Shown here in pieces: positions 1-10,448 of a stretch of 64,000 nucleotides of DNA; position 1 is the stretch's first letter, and the number at the start of each line of letters is the position of its first letter. The stretch comes from an uncultured archaeon (lineage in GTDB: Archaea > Aenigmatarchaeota > Aenigmatarchaeia > CG10238-14 > EX4484-224). The stretch lies in the NCBI GenBank assembly GCA_964524025.1, contig CAZGBT010000002.1, positions 11,210 through 75,209 on the forward strand. Direction: 5' to 3'. The notes under the pieces are model-generated. The model saw nothing but the letters and a program-made list of their open reading frames with translations. It made no database searches and was not told the origin of the DNA. The position numbers and the translations under genes were made by a program.

Positions 1-3000
1 TTTGCATTCATAACCTTCTGGACATCCACAATCTATGCAGCAAGTTTGCCAATTTTCGTTTACATCACAAATATTATTGCCACACAAGCCAGTAAGAGTT
101 ATTAGAGGTGGCTGAAATGCATTAAATTCGTCTAATGCAACCCCTTTCTTTAGATAGTACTCGATCTTATATTGTCTATCTTTTTGAATAGAATTCCAAA
201 CAAACATGTAAGAAGGATCTGGATCAAGAAGATAGACATTTGCGTCTGTTATTACTTTTACTTCTTCAGCCTTTCTAGCTATCGATTTAGGGATTGTGTC
301 GTATAAAATAAGATTGGTCACCTTGCCTGGACCATGATAAGAAAAGGTTAAGACAATGCTCGTTGCGTTTCCGATGGAAGTCAAACTTCTCCTAACTTCC
401 AAATTTTTAACGAGAAATGGTGTTATTGAGTATATAAGCTGCAGGTTTTTCTCACTCAGTCCTAATTTAGAAATTAAAGCTTGCTTAAACTTAGGATGTG
501 AGTTTATTTCTCTTTCTACATTCTCCTTTGATAGAAGATTCTTTAAGATATACAATACTTCTCCTTCTATTCTAGTCGGAACTTTTGGTTGATAAGTTGG
601 AGTATATTCATAATAACTAGGGGTGTAAGCTTCAGTATATCTTTCTTCTGAAGGCGGTACATAAGTTTTTTCTGAAGGATAGGATTTCCCTATCATTTTC
701 ACAACAAATGCTAAGTGAGTGGTTCCATAGGTAAGCTTAACTAATTTGCTTTTGAAGGTGTAGTTAGTAGAGTTAAACGTTACGTTATAACTTCCTGCAT
801 AAAGATAAGAAAAGCTCACAGTTCCGTTTGTTGTATTCTTTGTTAGTTTATTCCCAAAAACATCTTTAGCTATATCTCCAGAAAGCGTATAGATTGTAAT
901 ATTGCCATCTACAGGTACATTATAATAAAATTCTTTTACCGAAATGTTAATGGATAGCGGATTTAACGTAATATTCGAGAAATAACCTTCTGAAGGCAAC
1001 CAAATGCTTTGATTTAAAATTCCATATCCGCTTCTATTTCCATCGATCGAACAAACGTATTCGCCTACTAAAGATGATGGTCTGACGTTTCTAAAGGTTA
1101 ATAGCCCACTAGCATTGGTTAGTCCTGCTAAAGGAATTCCGAAACCATTGGTTGCAATCATTCCGCCTAAATAAAGTGTAAGGTTGATGTTTTGGAGTGG
1201 AGAGGTGGAATTTGTAACGTTAAAAGTCAATTTTATATCATGAATTATTAAAGTTTTATTGTTCCCTGTAAATTCGTCTAAGCCAGGTTTTATTTCTATT
1301 GTTTCGGAAATCGGATTATAACCTTTATTTAGCAGGTTGCTAACATTAAGGATTAAGGAATAGTTTCCGTAAGGGATTGCCTCTAATAGGGCATAACCTG
1401 TTAAATCTGTAGCAGCTCTATACTCTTCTTTGGTTGCTAAATTAATTAAACTTAGAGAAGTTGCAATCCCTTCGTAACTTTCGTTCAAAACCCTAAGCAA
1501 ATATCTTGTTTCGTTAAAAACGAATTCGTAAAGATTAACTTTTCCAGCTTTTGTAACATTTATGATTGCAGAATTGTTTTTTCCATAAAAGTAAATCCTG
1601 GCAAGATTTCCAGAGAATTGAATTCGATGAACACCTATAGGAATCCTCTTAAAAATAACGCTTCCATTAACGCTAGTGTTGGAGGTCGGCAAGCTATAAA
1701 GGGTTACGTTTAAACCATTTATAGGTTCTCCTTCATCATCTGTTAAAGTTAGATTAACTAAGGTTAGGTTAAGCACTATATTTTCAACATACGTTTTTCC
1801 AGCCGAATAGTTTTTTATTCCACTAAAAACTCCATATCCTACTTCACTTCCGTTAATAATCAATCTTCCATCTTCAGAAGAAAATATTATACACTTAAGT
1901 GTATTGTTTAGCTGAACGCAATCTTCGTTCGAGGAGTTCAGAAAATAATGCAGCCATTTTATAGAAACGTTTGAGGTTATCGGAAGTCCATCTTCCCCAA
2001 TTACATTAAGTGAAAGTACAGAGGAACTAGCTGGCATGAGATAGAATATTATAGAAGAGTTTGGAGGCGTCAGAGTTCCTTTTTCTTCATAAGTTATGTA
2101 ATTAACTCTTTCTACAACAACGCTGTATGGCAAATAAAGAGATCTAGTTGAAGCATTTATCATAAAGCTTCCATCGGATGAGGTTTTAACTTTATAAGCG
2201 ACACAGTTCGTATAGTCACCATAGCATTTGTTTGATTTGATAATAATGGTAGCATTAGGAATGGGCTTTTCAGTTACAACCTTTTTTACATAACCAGAAA
2301 GTTTTCCAGCACCTTCTAAACCAAGAGGAAGTTCATAAGACTTTTTTTCTTCAAAGAAAGAGGAGAGATAGTTAGTAGAATACCCATCTGCAGAAACTTC
2401 TATACAATAGTGTTGAGTTATGCTAGAACCAGGTTGACGAGAGCTTACTTGGATAAAATAACCTCCTGTTAAATTAGAATTAAATTCGTATCTTACTTCA
2501 CCATCACAAGAAGATAAATGAAGTTTTATCGATGCATTGGGTATTGGTTCGTAACCCAAAACTATAGGTTGGACAAAGTTTTTGTCATAAACATAGCCTG
2601 TAAGATTAGTATTTCCAATAAGGTTAATTTCTAAATAACTTGTTCCACTTCTTGTAATTCCAAGCTCTAGTTCATCGTAACGGTTGTATCCAAAGGAATC
2701 GATAGTTATATAATAGCTAGTCCTTCCATCAATATTTATTGCAGCCATCCCATACGAATCTGTTTTTCCTGCGTTAGCAAATAATCTAACAGTTGGAACA
2801 AAATAATCTATATACTTTCCGAATCCAACAGATTCTCCATCAATTATAAAATTATAAATTCCTCCGGCAATTCCCAACTCTACCTCTCCACTTGAATTTG
2901 TCTTTCCTGAGTTAACTATACAGTTAGCTCCGTATTTTTCAATTATAACGTTTACCCCTTTGATTGGATTACCGTCCTTATCTGTAACCCTAAAAAGAAT

Positions 3001-6000
3001 ATAGAAATTTGGTTCTTCTGGACATAAGTTTAAAGATGGGTCTATTTCTACATAATTTTCTTTTCCAGCTTTTGATACGTCTAAGACAAAAAGTGTTGAA
3101 TTTATTTTCCAAAGGGAGTCGAATTTTTCTATAGTAATGTTGTATTTGCCTAGCGGTAAATACTCAAAAAGCGCTTCTCCATTATTGTCGGTTAAGTTAG
3201 CTAAAAGATCTCCTTTTCCGTTTTTTGCTATATTTCCTTTTTTGTCTACCAATACAACTAGTATGTTTTCTTGATCGTTAGTAGAGTTGAAAACATGAAC
3301 TATTAGTTTAGTTATGTTGAGCTTAACAGAGTAATAGTTGGTTCCTACTTTTACATTAACTTGAGTAACGTTTATGCCGTAACCATCTTCGCTTCCATTT
3401 ACTATTATTGTAAACAGACCGGTTGGAATTTTGTGGAAAGTAATTTTTCCTTTAGAAGTTATTCCACTAACGTTTAACTCTTTTAAAGAGACCTTTACCT
3501 CATCAACATTTTTTCCATTTACATCTTTAACCTCTATTTTCAAAACATTTTCTTTTAGATAAAAAACGTAAGGGTTATCGCTAGATCGAAAGACTTGAAT
3601 TTGAATTTTACTCCAATTATAACCTACGGAGCTACCATTAACGCTTAAATTATAAGAACCTGGAGCTAAATTTAAGTTAAAAACTACTATTCCGCTCGAA
3701 TTTGTAAGGTCAACAAAAATATGTGTTTCATTTTCAAGGATTACTTCTACTTCTTCTAAAGGCAGGAAAGTATCCATATCATAAACTTCTACTCTAACAG
3801 AGGTGGTCTCTAGTTTATAGCTTCTTGAAATTTGACAGTTAGGAATAAACGTTAAATTTAACCAGGAATTGAATAAACTGTAACCAGTTTTGTTCAGAGT
3901 AATATTGTAGTTTCCTTTGGCAATTCTTGAAAATTCTACTTTCCCTTCAGTAGAAGTTAAAGCAGTAAGTAAGGTGCCATCAACAGATCTAGCTATTTTT
4001 CCATCTGTAAGATTCCATATTGTAACATTTACGTTTTCCACGTAAGCATTGCTTTTGTTAGTTACATAGATAGTTAATTTAGTTGGATGGAGAGTAACTT
4101 TAATTATATTCTCTTTTTCTGGTTCTACATAAAAATTTGAAATCGAAAAATAAGAGTAACCGTTCGTTCTTCCATCAACTATTATATTCTGAAGGGAAAC
4201 CATACCAGTAAAATTAGCCCATCCATCTAAAGTTAAAATGCTATGGGAACTTGTAGAATTAAAAACTGTAACGTTAATCTTATCAAGCGGATTTCCTTGA
4301 TCGTCCTCTACAAATACATTAATTGTTCCTGGATAAGGAATCAAAATAATTGGTTCGTCTGTATAATCATTAAAAGTGGGTCTTACTTTGAAAGATGTTG
4401 AATTGGAATAAAACTTTTCCTTACTTGCCGAAACTGTATAAACTCCTGGTGTTATATATTCGAATTCATAAACCCCATTTCCTATTTCTTTTGCCTCTTT
4501 TCCATTAAGCGTTAAAATAGCACCAGAAATTCCATTCAATAAAGGATCTACAACTTTTACCCTTAACCTTGTAGAATTTATAACAAATGTAAAATCATAT
4601 CTTCTACCGCCTTCTGGTATAAAAATCGTTGTAAATTCTTGAACACAACCAGCATCACTTCCGTTAATAAAAAGAACGTGCAAACCGGCAGGTATTCTTT
4701 CAAACGTAACATTTTCATTTCCATTAGAAGTTTCTTTTTCTTTGTCTAAAATCCTGACTTTTATACCATCCCTTTGCTCTATACCTCCTAGCGAATCAAT
4801 ACAAGAAACGTTTATATTTACTATTGTCTTTTCAAGCGTATAGTTAAACTCTGTAACGTTATAAAAATAATAAATTGAAACGTTAGCATTCGGTACGTAT
4901 TTGAATTTAGATGTAGCATACTTATCTAATACACGAACTTTAACTTGAGCAGGAAGTTCAACTTGATCAGAAAAATTCCCGCTTAGAGTTCCTATAGAAG
5001 GTATTCTTAAAGAAGGGTAACCTGGAGAATCTATTTTTATGTAATAATCTTTTCCACCCTCTATGTAAATTTTAGCATTTCCATTGTAGTCTGTGTAAGC
5101 TGTATATTCACACTTATCTGAAAAAGCAATGCAAACAAAAGAGTTGCCCACAGGTAAGCGGCTAAAAGCGTCGATAGTTGTAATGTTTATGAGAGTATTT
5201 CCTGTTATCCCAATATCTTTAACTAAATCCCATTTTCCTGTATCATCCCTATCATAAGGAAAACCTATATCTTTCGTAAATCCTTCTTTTTTTGGAAGAT
5301 AATTTTCTTTAATAACTTTTATGAAAAAATTAAAATCAACTCCTATATCAAGAGAATAATGGCCAGTAGAATTGGTTGATGTTGAATAGAAAACATTGCC
5401 TAAAGAATCTATAATTTGAACTTCAGCATTTTCAATTGGTTTGTTATTATAGTAATCAAATATTTTTCCTTCTATATGAGTTGCTCCCTTTAAAGCTATG
5501 CTACTAATACCCTCTTGAACAATCTTTATCTTATAACCTTCCTTTTCAAAAAATATCGTGTAGTTAGAAATTGTAGAAGGTATTCTTAAAGAATAAAAAC
5601 CCGATGAGTTAGTATAAGTTGAATAAACAGCAGGTCCTTCATCATCCTTTAAAATTACTTTTACTCCTTCGATATATTTTGAGGGATAAAGTCTTCCCTC
5701 GTCAAAAACGAAACCCTCTATTAAAGATTTTCCCTTAAGCTGAATTGAACCAAGATCTAGAGTAAATGCATCTGGAACTTTCTCAGAAACTAATGAGAAT
5801 ACTTCGTATCCAAGCTTTTCAAAAGACATGGAATAATTAACCCCACTCATCACTTTAATTGAAAACTCCCCATGCTGATCAGTTCTTCGTGAATAAACAG
5901 GACCATTAACTGCAACAAGAAGTATACTAGTATTAGGTAGAACTATCGAATTATTTTGGTAATCTATAACCTTCCCTTTTATTAAACCTTTACCAGTAAG

Positions 6001-7671
6001 TTGGATTATTCCATAATCATGGCTATTAGAATAAGGTGCTGGGTTCACATAATTTTCATACCCAGCTTTGGTAGCTTCAAGATAATATGAAAGTCCGCTT
6101 TTAATTGGAACTTGGAATTTTCCATTTTCGTCTGTATAAAAAGCGTAAAGAACATCTCCTGAAGTTGAATCTTTTATTTTAACAAGAACTTGAGGTATTG
6201 GGTAAGATTGATTGCTTGAATCGACAAACTTACCCTTAACTGTAGAAGATCCGTAAAGCGAAATGTTAAGCTGCTGGCTTCCAAAACCTACTCGGACCTG
6301 ACTTAGGTTGTAGCCAGAAGCATTTGCATGAACATAAAGGAAAGGATAATCAAAATCAGGAAAGCTTATTGAATAATATCCATTTTGATCTGTTGTTACA
6401 TTATAATAATAACCATCCCATCCAATCCTTTTTTGATTCGAATCATCCCAAAGTTCTATGAAAGCTCCTTCTATAGGCTTATTACTAATCCCGTCTTTTA
6501 CCCAACCAAAAATTTTGTTAGAACCTTCAAGAAAGATTACAACATGTTTTATATCCCCTTCCCTTAGAGAGTCCTGAACGGAGGAATTTAGCTTATAACC
6601 ATCTGCAGAAACATAAAAATTGTGAATAACAGATTGTTCGCTTGTGTTTGCAGGTACTACTAAACTAACAGAACCATTTAAATCTGTAAATCCTGTTTTT
6701 GAATCGCTCCATATAATTGTTACATTGGCATTAGGAATTGGTCTTAAATTCCAAATATCAAAAACTGAAATTATGTAAGTTCCATAATATTTTGAAGGAT
6801 AAATGGTTGCGTTCACTTCTTTAGATCCACTAAAATTTCCTAAGCGAAGAGTATGATAGCCTGGTTTAGAGAAATTGATGTAATAAATAAAGCTGCCACT
6901 TATTCTTAAGCAATAATATCCATTTGCATCTGTAAGTGTTGAGTAAAGAAGTTGATTAGAAGAAGAATTAAAGACGCTAACGTTTACATTTTCCATAGGT
7001 ATTCCTTCCGGATCCTTTACCCAACCTTTTAGTGTAGAATTTCCAAGCAAGAATATTAGCCTACTTCTTTCTACAGAAAAGTTCTGAAATAGGAGAGAAG
7101 AATTAACGAAGTATCCTTCTTTAATAACGGTAATGTTGTAAAGGCTTGTGGAATCGATAAAAAAGTAAGCAATACCATTCTCGTCTGTAAAATTTGAAAG
7201 AGAATGGGTAGAAGCATTTAATAAAACTCTAGCTCCTCCTATAGGTCTTGAAGTTGCCCTTTCCTTAACTTCAATAGAAACAAGAGTATTTGCTACCGTT
7301 ATGTTTGTATTAGTAGTCGAAAAGATATGCGTCTCGTTCATTCCAGTAGCGTTAAACCAAAGATTGCTCCCATCTTTTATTAAAGAAGAATTCCAAGAAC
7401 ATGTAAATTCTGTATCTGGATACGTATCGTTTATAACTGTACATAGAGGAATCCAATTCTTACCTTCGTCTCTTGAATAATAAAACGTAACATTAGTCGC
7501 GTGAATGGATGTTGATGCATTCAACAAATAAATACCTGAGATTACTTCGTACGATTTTGGAGAATTAAGAATTATTAAATTAGAATTCTGCTGACCTAGC
7601 AAAATGCAAATAAAAAGTAAGGAAGAGATAACTGTTGTACAGAGTAACAAAAATTTTGAAGCCAAATTCAT
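1..7671 (-). CDS. Giant secreted/surface glycoprotein (>2557 aa, runs off left edge) with tandem carboxypeptidase-regulatory-like beta-sandwich domains and a Cys-rich module
   Basis: ATG at 7671 (MNLASKFLLLCTTVISLLFICILLG, signal peptide). Repeated 'V.D....PI.NA.V ... TD.NG.Y ... K.GY' units and many N-x-S/T sequons. Reads ...CGNNICDVNENWQTCCIDCGCPEGYECK at the edge. No minus-strand ORF is listed in 1-7671, consistent with one frame whose stop lies outside the window. Confidence 0.9.
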   Translation of the reverse strand, partial: MNLASKFLLLCTTVISSLLFICILLGQQNSNLIILNSPKSYEVISGIYLLNASTSIHATNVTFYYSRDEGKNWIPLCTVINDTYPDTEFTCSWNSSLIKDGSNLWFNATGMNETHIFSTTNTNITVANTLVSIEVKERATSRPIGGARVLLNASTHSLSNFTDENGIAYFFIDSTSLYNITVIKEGYFVNSSLLFQNFSVERSRLIFLLGNSTLKGWVKDPEGIPMENVNVSVFNSSSNQLLYSTLTDANGYYCLRISGSFIYYINFSKPGYHTLRLGNFSGSKEVNATIYPSKYYGTYIISVFDIWNLRPIPNANVTIIWSDSKTGFTDLNGSVSLVVPANTSEQSVIHNFYVSADGYKLNSSVQDSLREGDIKHVVIFLEGSNKIFGWVKDGISNKPIEGAFIELWDDSNQKRIGWDGYYYNVTTDQNGYYSISFPDFDYPFLYVHANASGYNLSQVRVGFGSQQLNISLYGSSTVKGKFVDSSNQSYPIPQVLVKIKDSTSGDVLYAFYTDENGKFQVPIKSGLSYYLEATKAGYENYVNPAPYSNSHDYGIIQLTGKGLIKGKVIDYQNNSIVLPNTSILLVAVNGPVYSRRTDQHGEFSIKVMSGVNYSMSFEKLGYEVFSLVSEKVPDAFTLDLGSIQLKGKSLIEGFVFDEGRLYPSKYIEGVKVILKDDEGPAVYSTYTNSSGFYSLRIPSTISNYTIFFEKEGYKIKIVQEGISSIALKGATHIEGKIFDYYNNKPIENAEVQIIDSLGNVFYSTSTNSTGHYSLDIGVDFNFFIKVIKENYLPKKEGFTKDIGFPYDRDDTGKWDLVKDIGITGNTLINITTIDAFSRLPVGNSFVCIAFSDKCEYTAYTDYNGNAKIYIEGGKDYYIKIDSPGYPSLRIPSIGTLSGNFSDQVELPAQVKVRVLDKYATSKFKYVPNANVSIYYFYNVTEFNYTLEKTIVNINVSCIDSLGGIEQRDGIKVRILDKEKETSNGNENVTFERIPAGLHVLFINGSDAGCVQEFTTIFIPEGGRRYDFTFVINSTRLRVKVVDPLLNGISGAILTLNGKEAKEIGNGVYEFEYITPGVYTVSASKEKFYSNSTSFKVRPTFNDYTDEPIILIPYPGTINVFVEDDQGNPLDKINVTVFNSTSSHSILTLDGWANFTGMVSLQNIIVDGRTNGYSYFSISNFYVEPEKENIIKVTLHPTKLTIYVTNKSNAYVENVNVTIWNLTDGKIARSVDGTLLTALTSTEGKVEFSRIAKGNYNITLNKTGYSLFNSWLNLTFIPNCQISRSYKLETTSVRVEVYDMDTFLPLEEVEVILENETHIFVDLTNSSGIVVFNLNLAPGSYNLSVNGSSVGYNWSKIQIQVFRSSDNPYVFYLKENVLKIEVKDVNGKNVDEVKVSLKELNVSGITSKGKITFHKIPTGLFTIIVNGSEDGYGINVTQVNVKVGTNYYSVKLNITKLIVHVFNSTNDQENILVVLVDKKGNIAKNGKGDLLANLTDNNGEALFEYLPLGKYNITIEKFDSLWKINSTLFVLDVSKAGKENYVEIDPSLNLCPEEPNFYILFRVTDKDGNPIKGVNVIIEKYGANCIVNSGKTNSSGEVELGIAGGIYNFIIDGESVGFGKYIDYFVPTVRLFANAGKTDSYGMAAINIDGRTSYYITIDSFGYNRYDELELGITRSGTSYLEINLIGNTNLTGYVYDKNFVQPIVLGYEPIPNASIKLHLSSCDGEVRYEFNSNLTGGYFIQVSSRQPGSSITQHYCIEVSADGYSTNYLSSFFEEKKSYELPLGLEGAGKLSGYVKKVVTEKPIPNATIIIKSNKCYGDYTNCVAYKVKTSSDGSFMINASTRSLYLPYSVVVERVNYITYEEKGTLTPPNSSIIFYLMPASSSVLSLNVIGEDGLPITSNVSIKWLHYFLNSSNEDCVQLNNTLKCIIFSSEDGRLIINGSEVGYGVFSGIKNYSAGKTYVENIVLNLTLVNLTLTDDEGEPINGLNVTLYSLPTSNTSVNGSVIFKRIPIGVHRIQFSGNLARIYFYGKNNSAIINVTKAGKVNLYEFVFNETRYLLRVLNESYEGIATSLSLINLATKEEYRAATDLTGYALLEAIPYGNYSLILNVSNLLNKGYNPISETIEIKPGLDEFTGNNKTLIIHDIKLTFNVTNSTSPLQNINLTLYLGGMIATNGFGIPLAGLTNASGLLTFRNVRPSSLVGEYVCSIDGNRSGYGILNQSIWLPSEGYFSNITLNPLSINISVKEFYYNVPVDGNITIYTLSGDIAKDVFGNKLTKNTTNGTVSFSYLYAGSYNVTFNSTNYTFKSKLVKLTYGTTHLAFVVKMIGKSYPSEKTYVPPSEERYTEAYTPSYYEYTPTYQPKVPTRIEGEVLYILKNLLSKENVEREINSHPKFKQALISKLGLSEKNLQLIYSITPFLVKNLEVRRSLTSIGNATSIVLTFSYHGPGKVTNLILYDTIPKSIARKAEEVKVITDANVYLLDPDPSYMFVWNSIQKDRQYKIEYYLKKGVALDEFNAFQPPLITLTGLCGNNICDVNENWQTCCIDCGCPEGYECK

Positions 7672-7710
7672 CTAAATGAATATTACCTTAGAGCCATAAA
7701 TTTTGGAAAA

Positions 7711-8799
7711 CTACCTAGTAATTTCTGCTTTTTTAGCAAACTCAAGCAACCTCTTTGGTTTTTCCTTTTCAAAATGTTTCCTGACAGGTTCTAGGATTTC
7801 GTTTAACTTTTCTATTACAGCATTTTTTAGATCTAAAGGATGGATCTCTCCCTTTTTGTATTTTTCTTCAAGCTCCTTATAGCTTAGCACCTCAATGGTT
7901 CCGCCGAACTTTTCTTCTCTTTTTATAATTAACCTATCAAATTTCCTGAAAATTATATACTTGCAAATTTCAAGAATGGGGTTTCCTTCAACTTGCTTTG
8001 GTGGGCAGAAAGCAGCTAGAATCTTTTGTCTAACTTCTTCTTCACTATCATGTATGAATATGCAATTTTTTGGTTTAGACTTACTCATCTTTGAGCTAAT
8101 TTCTTGATCTATACTCTTGACTTCATCGTAACCGCCCATTTTTGTTGGACCTTGCAAACCTATTAATAAATGATGATGAACACAAACAGGTTTCTTTCTT
8201 CCCAATTTTGTGGCTACCTCTCTAGCTAGCATGTTAACTTTTCTCTGATCCATACCTAGCTGGCAAATATCAACGTTAAGCATAAAAATGTCAGTAGCTT
8301 GCATTATTGGGTAGAAAAGTTGGGCTACATGCTTAAGCTCCGCTTCTGTTCTGCCTAAAATTGTAAGGCATCTTAAAGTCCTTTTAAGAGTTACAAGCCT
8401 TCCTATTTTAAGGAATGTTTCCCAATATTCTGGTTTTTCTATAAGCTCAGAAGACCAAACTATTTTAACTTTTTCTACATCAACCCCGCAAGCTTTCCAT
8501 CCTTCTATAAAATACTCACCTACCTTTCTTATCGCGTCTATATCCCCTCCTAGTTTTTCGTTAATAAAGGCAAACCAATCTGCTATGTAAAGAATAAATT
8601 TGCAACCCGCATCTAACATATCTTGAAGTTTTATCGCTCTTAAAATTCCCGAACCCAAATGCAGCAAACCGCTTGGTTCAAAGCCGTCATATGCCACTGG
8701 ATGTTTCTTCTCTTCTAATAGCTTTCTTAATTCTTCTATTGTTATTATTTCCTCTGTTGGAGGTCTCGCAATTATTTTTAGTTTTTCTTCAACTTCCAT
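7711..8799 (-). CDS. tyrS: Tyrosyl-tRNA synthetase (archaeal type)
   Basis: YDGFEPSGLLHLG, YPIMQATDIF, GMDQRKV, KMSKS. Confidence 0.97.
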   Translation of the reverse strand: MEVEEKLKIIARPPTEEIITIEELRKLLEEKKHPVAYDGFEPSGLLHLGSGILRAIKLQDMLDAGCKFILYIADWFAFINEKLGGDIDAIRKVGEYFIEGWKACGVDVEKVKIVWSSELIEKPEYWETFLKIGRLVTLKRTLRCLTILGRTEAELKHVAQLFYPIMQATDIFMLNVDICQLGMDQRKVNMLAREVATKLGRKKPVCVHHHLLIGLQGPTKMGGYDEVKSIDQEISSKMSKSKPKNCIFIHDSEEEVRQKILAAFCPPKQVEGNPILEICKYIIFRKFDRLIIKREEKFGGTIEVLSYKELEEKYKKGEIHPLDLKNAVIEKLNEILEPVRKHFEKEKPKRLLEFAKKAEITR

Positions 8800-9036
8800 A
8801 AGAAAAAATTACATTTCTGGTTAAAGTCGTTATCGGACAACTTGCTTAAACCAGAAATTTTAAAAATGTTAAGTTTGAAAAATTTAAAATAATGCCCTCT
8901 CGAGCTGAATTATGTAGTTTATACTTCAGAATTCTCGTTAGCGATGAGAGGGGAGCGGTGGATTCTCTTGCCATAAACGCTTCCCCTTTCTTTATATCGG
9001 GTTGATAAGGAAGATTTACTTAAAAATGAAGAATTA

Positions 9037-9417
9037 TTGAACGAATTATCAAAAATTCCGAGGAAAAAACCTATAACAAAAGAGGAAATCGAAGAGTTAG
9101 ATGATAATCATGTAATCTATGGTGTATTCGTCGGGGAAGATGAAGGATATTTAGTAGGCTGCGTTGTCGCAAAAGAAGAAGATGACGCAGTAACACTTAG
9201 ATGGGGCGTTATGCTTCCGCCATATAGAGGCCTGGGAATTATGAAAACCATAGTAGCTTTGCTTACAACATTTTATGTTTCTTCGGGGAGAGATGTCAAA
9301 GCAAAAACGCACATATCAAAAACTCCTGCAGCCAATAGGATCTTTAGTATGTTAAAATTTAGTATAGAAAAAATAGAAAACGATGTTATATTCTGGAAAA
9401 AGAAAGGTATTAAATAA
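9037..9417 (+). CDS. GNAT-family N-acetyltransferase (start uncertain)
   Basis: Acetyl-CoA motif 'MLPPYRGLGIMK' and 'AANRIFSMLKF'; TTG start; frame is open upstream to 8977. Confidence 0.7.
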   Translation: MNELSKIPRKKPITKEEIEELDDNHVIYGVFVGEDEGYLVGCVVAKEEDDAVTLRWGVMLPPYRGLGIMKTIVALLTTFYVSSGRDVKAKTHISKTPAANRIFSMLKFSIEKIENDVIFWKKKGIK

Positions 9418-9515
9418 CTTTTAATGCTTGCTTAGGTCGTCAAGAACCTGACTAACATCTTCGATTCCTAGCGTCCTTAAAACCAAAAAACAACTGGTCT
9501 TTATGAAAAATATCT

Positions 9516-10448
9516 TCATTTTATTAATCTTAGGATTAGTCGCAAAGCTTTTTCTAAAAACCTTTTTTTAATGTTCCCTATTGTATCAAGCCTAGTATGG
9601 TAGACTTCCTTCCATTTGTTCCCTGAAGAGCTTAAAACCAATGTTTTTCTCCAGAGCTCTGTATCTTTAATAGGAAATGCCAGTCTACAGATTTTCTTAC
9701 TTTTTAGCAAAATCGGTCTATCTAAACCTACCATATCAACGATAATTATTCTTTTAGCCAGTCGTAAAACGCTATGAAACTCTTCCTCAAAAATTCTATA
9801 ACCTTTTCCCCAGTAAATTGGTTTATCGTAAGAAAGTTCTTCACATCCAGAGATAACGAACAAGTTCTTTTTGAGGTTAGATTTAATCTTTATATTTTCA
9901 AACAAAAGAGCAACCCCCGCTGCATCATCGGCGGCTCCATTCAGTATACTGTCATAATGTGCAATCAATATATTCCTTGGTTTTTTTAGGTTTCCTACTA
10001 AAATATTAGCAGATGTATGACTTTTGGGTATAACCCTTACTTTACCGTCTATTTCTTCGGCCTTTATCACCTTGATTATATCCTTTCTTTTAATAGCTAA
10101 AGATGGTGCTCTGTAAAAAGTTGCGAGTGATATTTGACTTGAATAAGGGTTGAAGTTTATATTCTCTTCCTCATAATACTCTCCACTCACTGCCATTGAG
10201 CTTATTAAATTTTTTTCTTGAATTCTACCACTCTTAAAAGCTGTCGGTAAACATTCAACTTCTTCACCATCAACCCTTAAATAGAAGATTTTACTGAATA
10301 AAATTCTTGTTTTAAATTTCTGGAGCTGATAGTCAATGCCCATCAAAGATAGTAAACTTTCAAGAAATTTTCTTGCCTTTTTTTCATTTCCAAGCAGTCG
10401 AGGGGCAAACTTTTCTAACTCTTTGATTACAGTAATAGTCAAATGCAT
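9516..10448 (-). CDS. M28-family Zn peptidase
   Basis: AHYDS, GAADDAAG, GCEE, VDMVG, YHT..D metal-ligand motifs. Confidence 0.88.
   Translation of the reverse strand: MHLTITVIKELEKFAPRLLGNEKKARKFLESLLSLMGIDYQLQKFKTRILFSKIFYLRVDGEEVECLPTAFKSGRIQEKNLISSMAVSGEYYEEENINFNPYSSQISLATFYRAPSLAIKRKDIIKVIKAEEIDGKVRVIPKSHTSANILVGNLKKPRNILIAHYDSILNGAADDAAGVALLFENIKIKSNLKKNLFVISGCEELSYDKPIYWGKGYRIFEEEFHSVLRLAKRIIIVDMVGLDRPILLKSKKICRLAFPIKDTELWRKTLVLSSSGNKWKEVYHTRLDTIGNIKKRFLEKALRLILRLIK

Noticed and set aside
356..6567. Plus-strand ORFs 356-592 and 6385-6567
   Set aside because: Antisense shadows of the giant minus-strand gene.
9421..9519. 32-aa minus-strand ORF (MKIFFIKTSC...GIEDVSQVLDDLSKH) overlapping the M28 stop; tail faintly like cystathionine-lyase C-termini
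   Set aside because: Too short and the similarity too weak to support.
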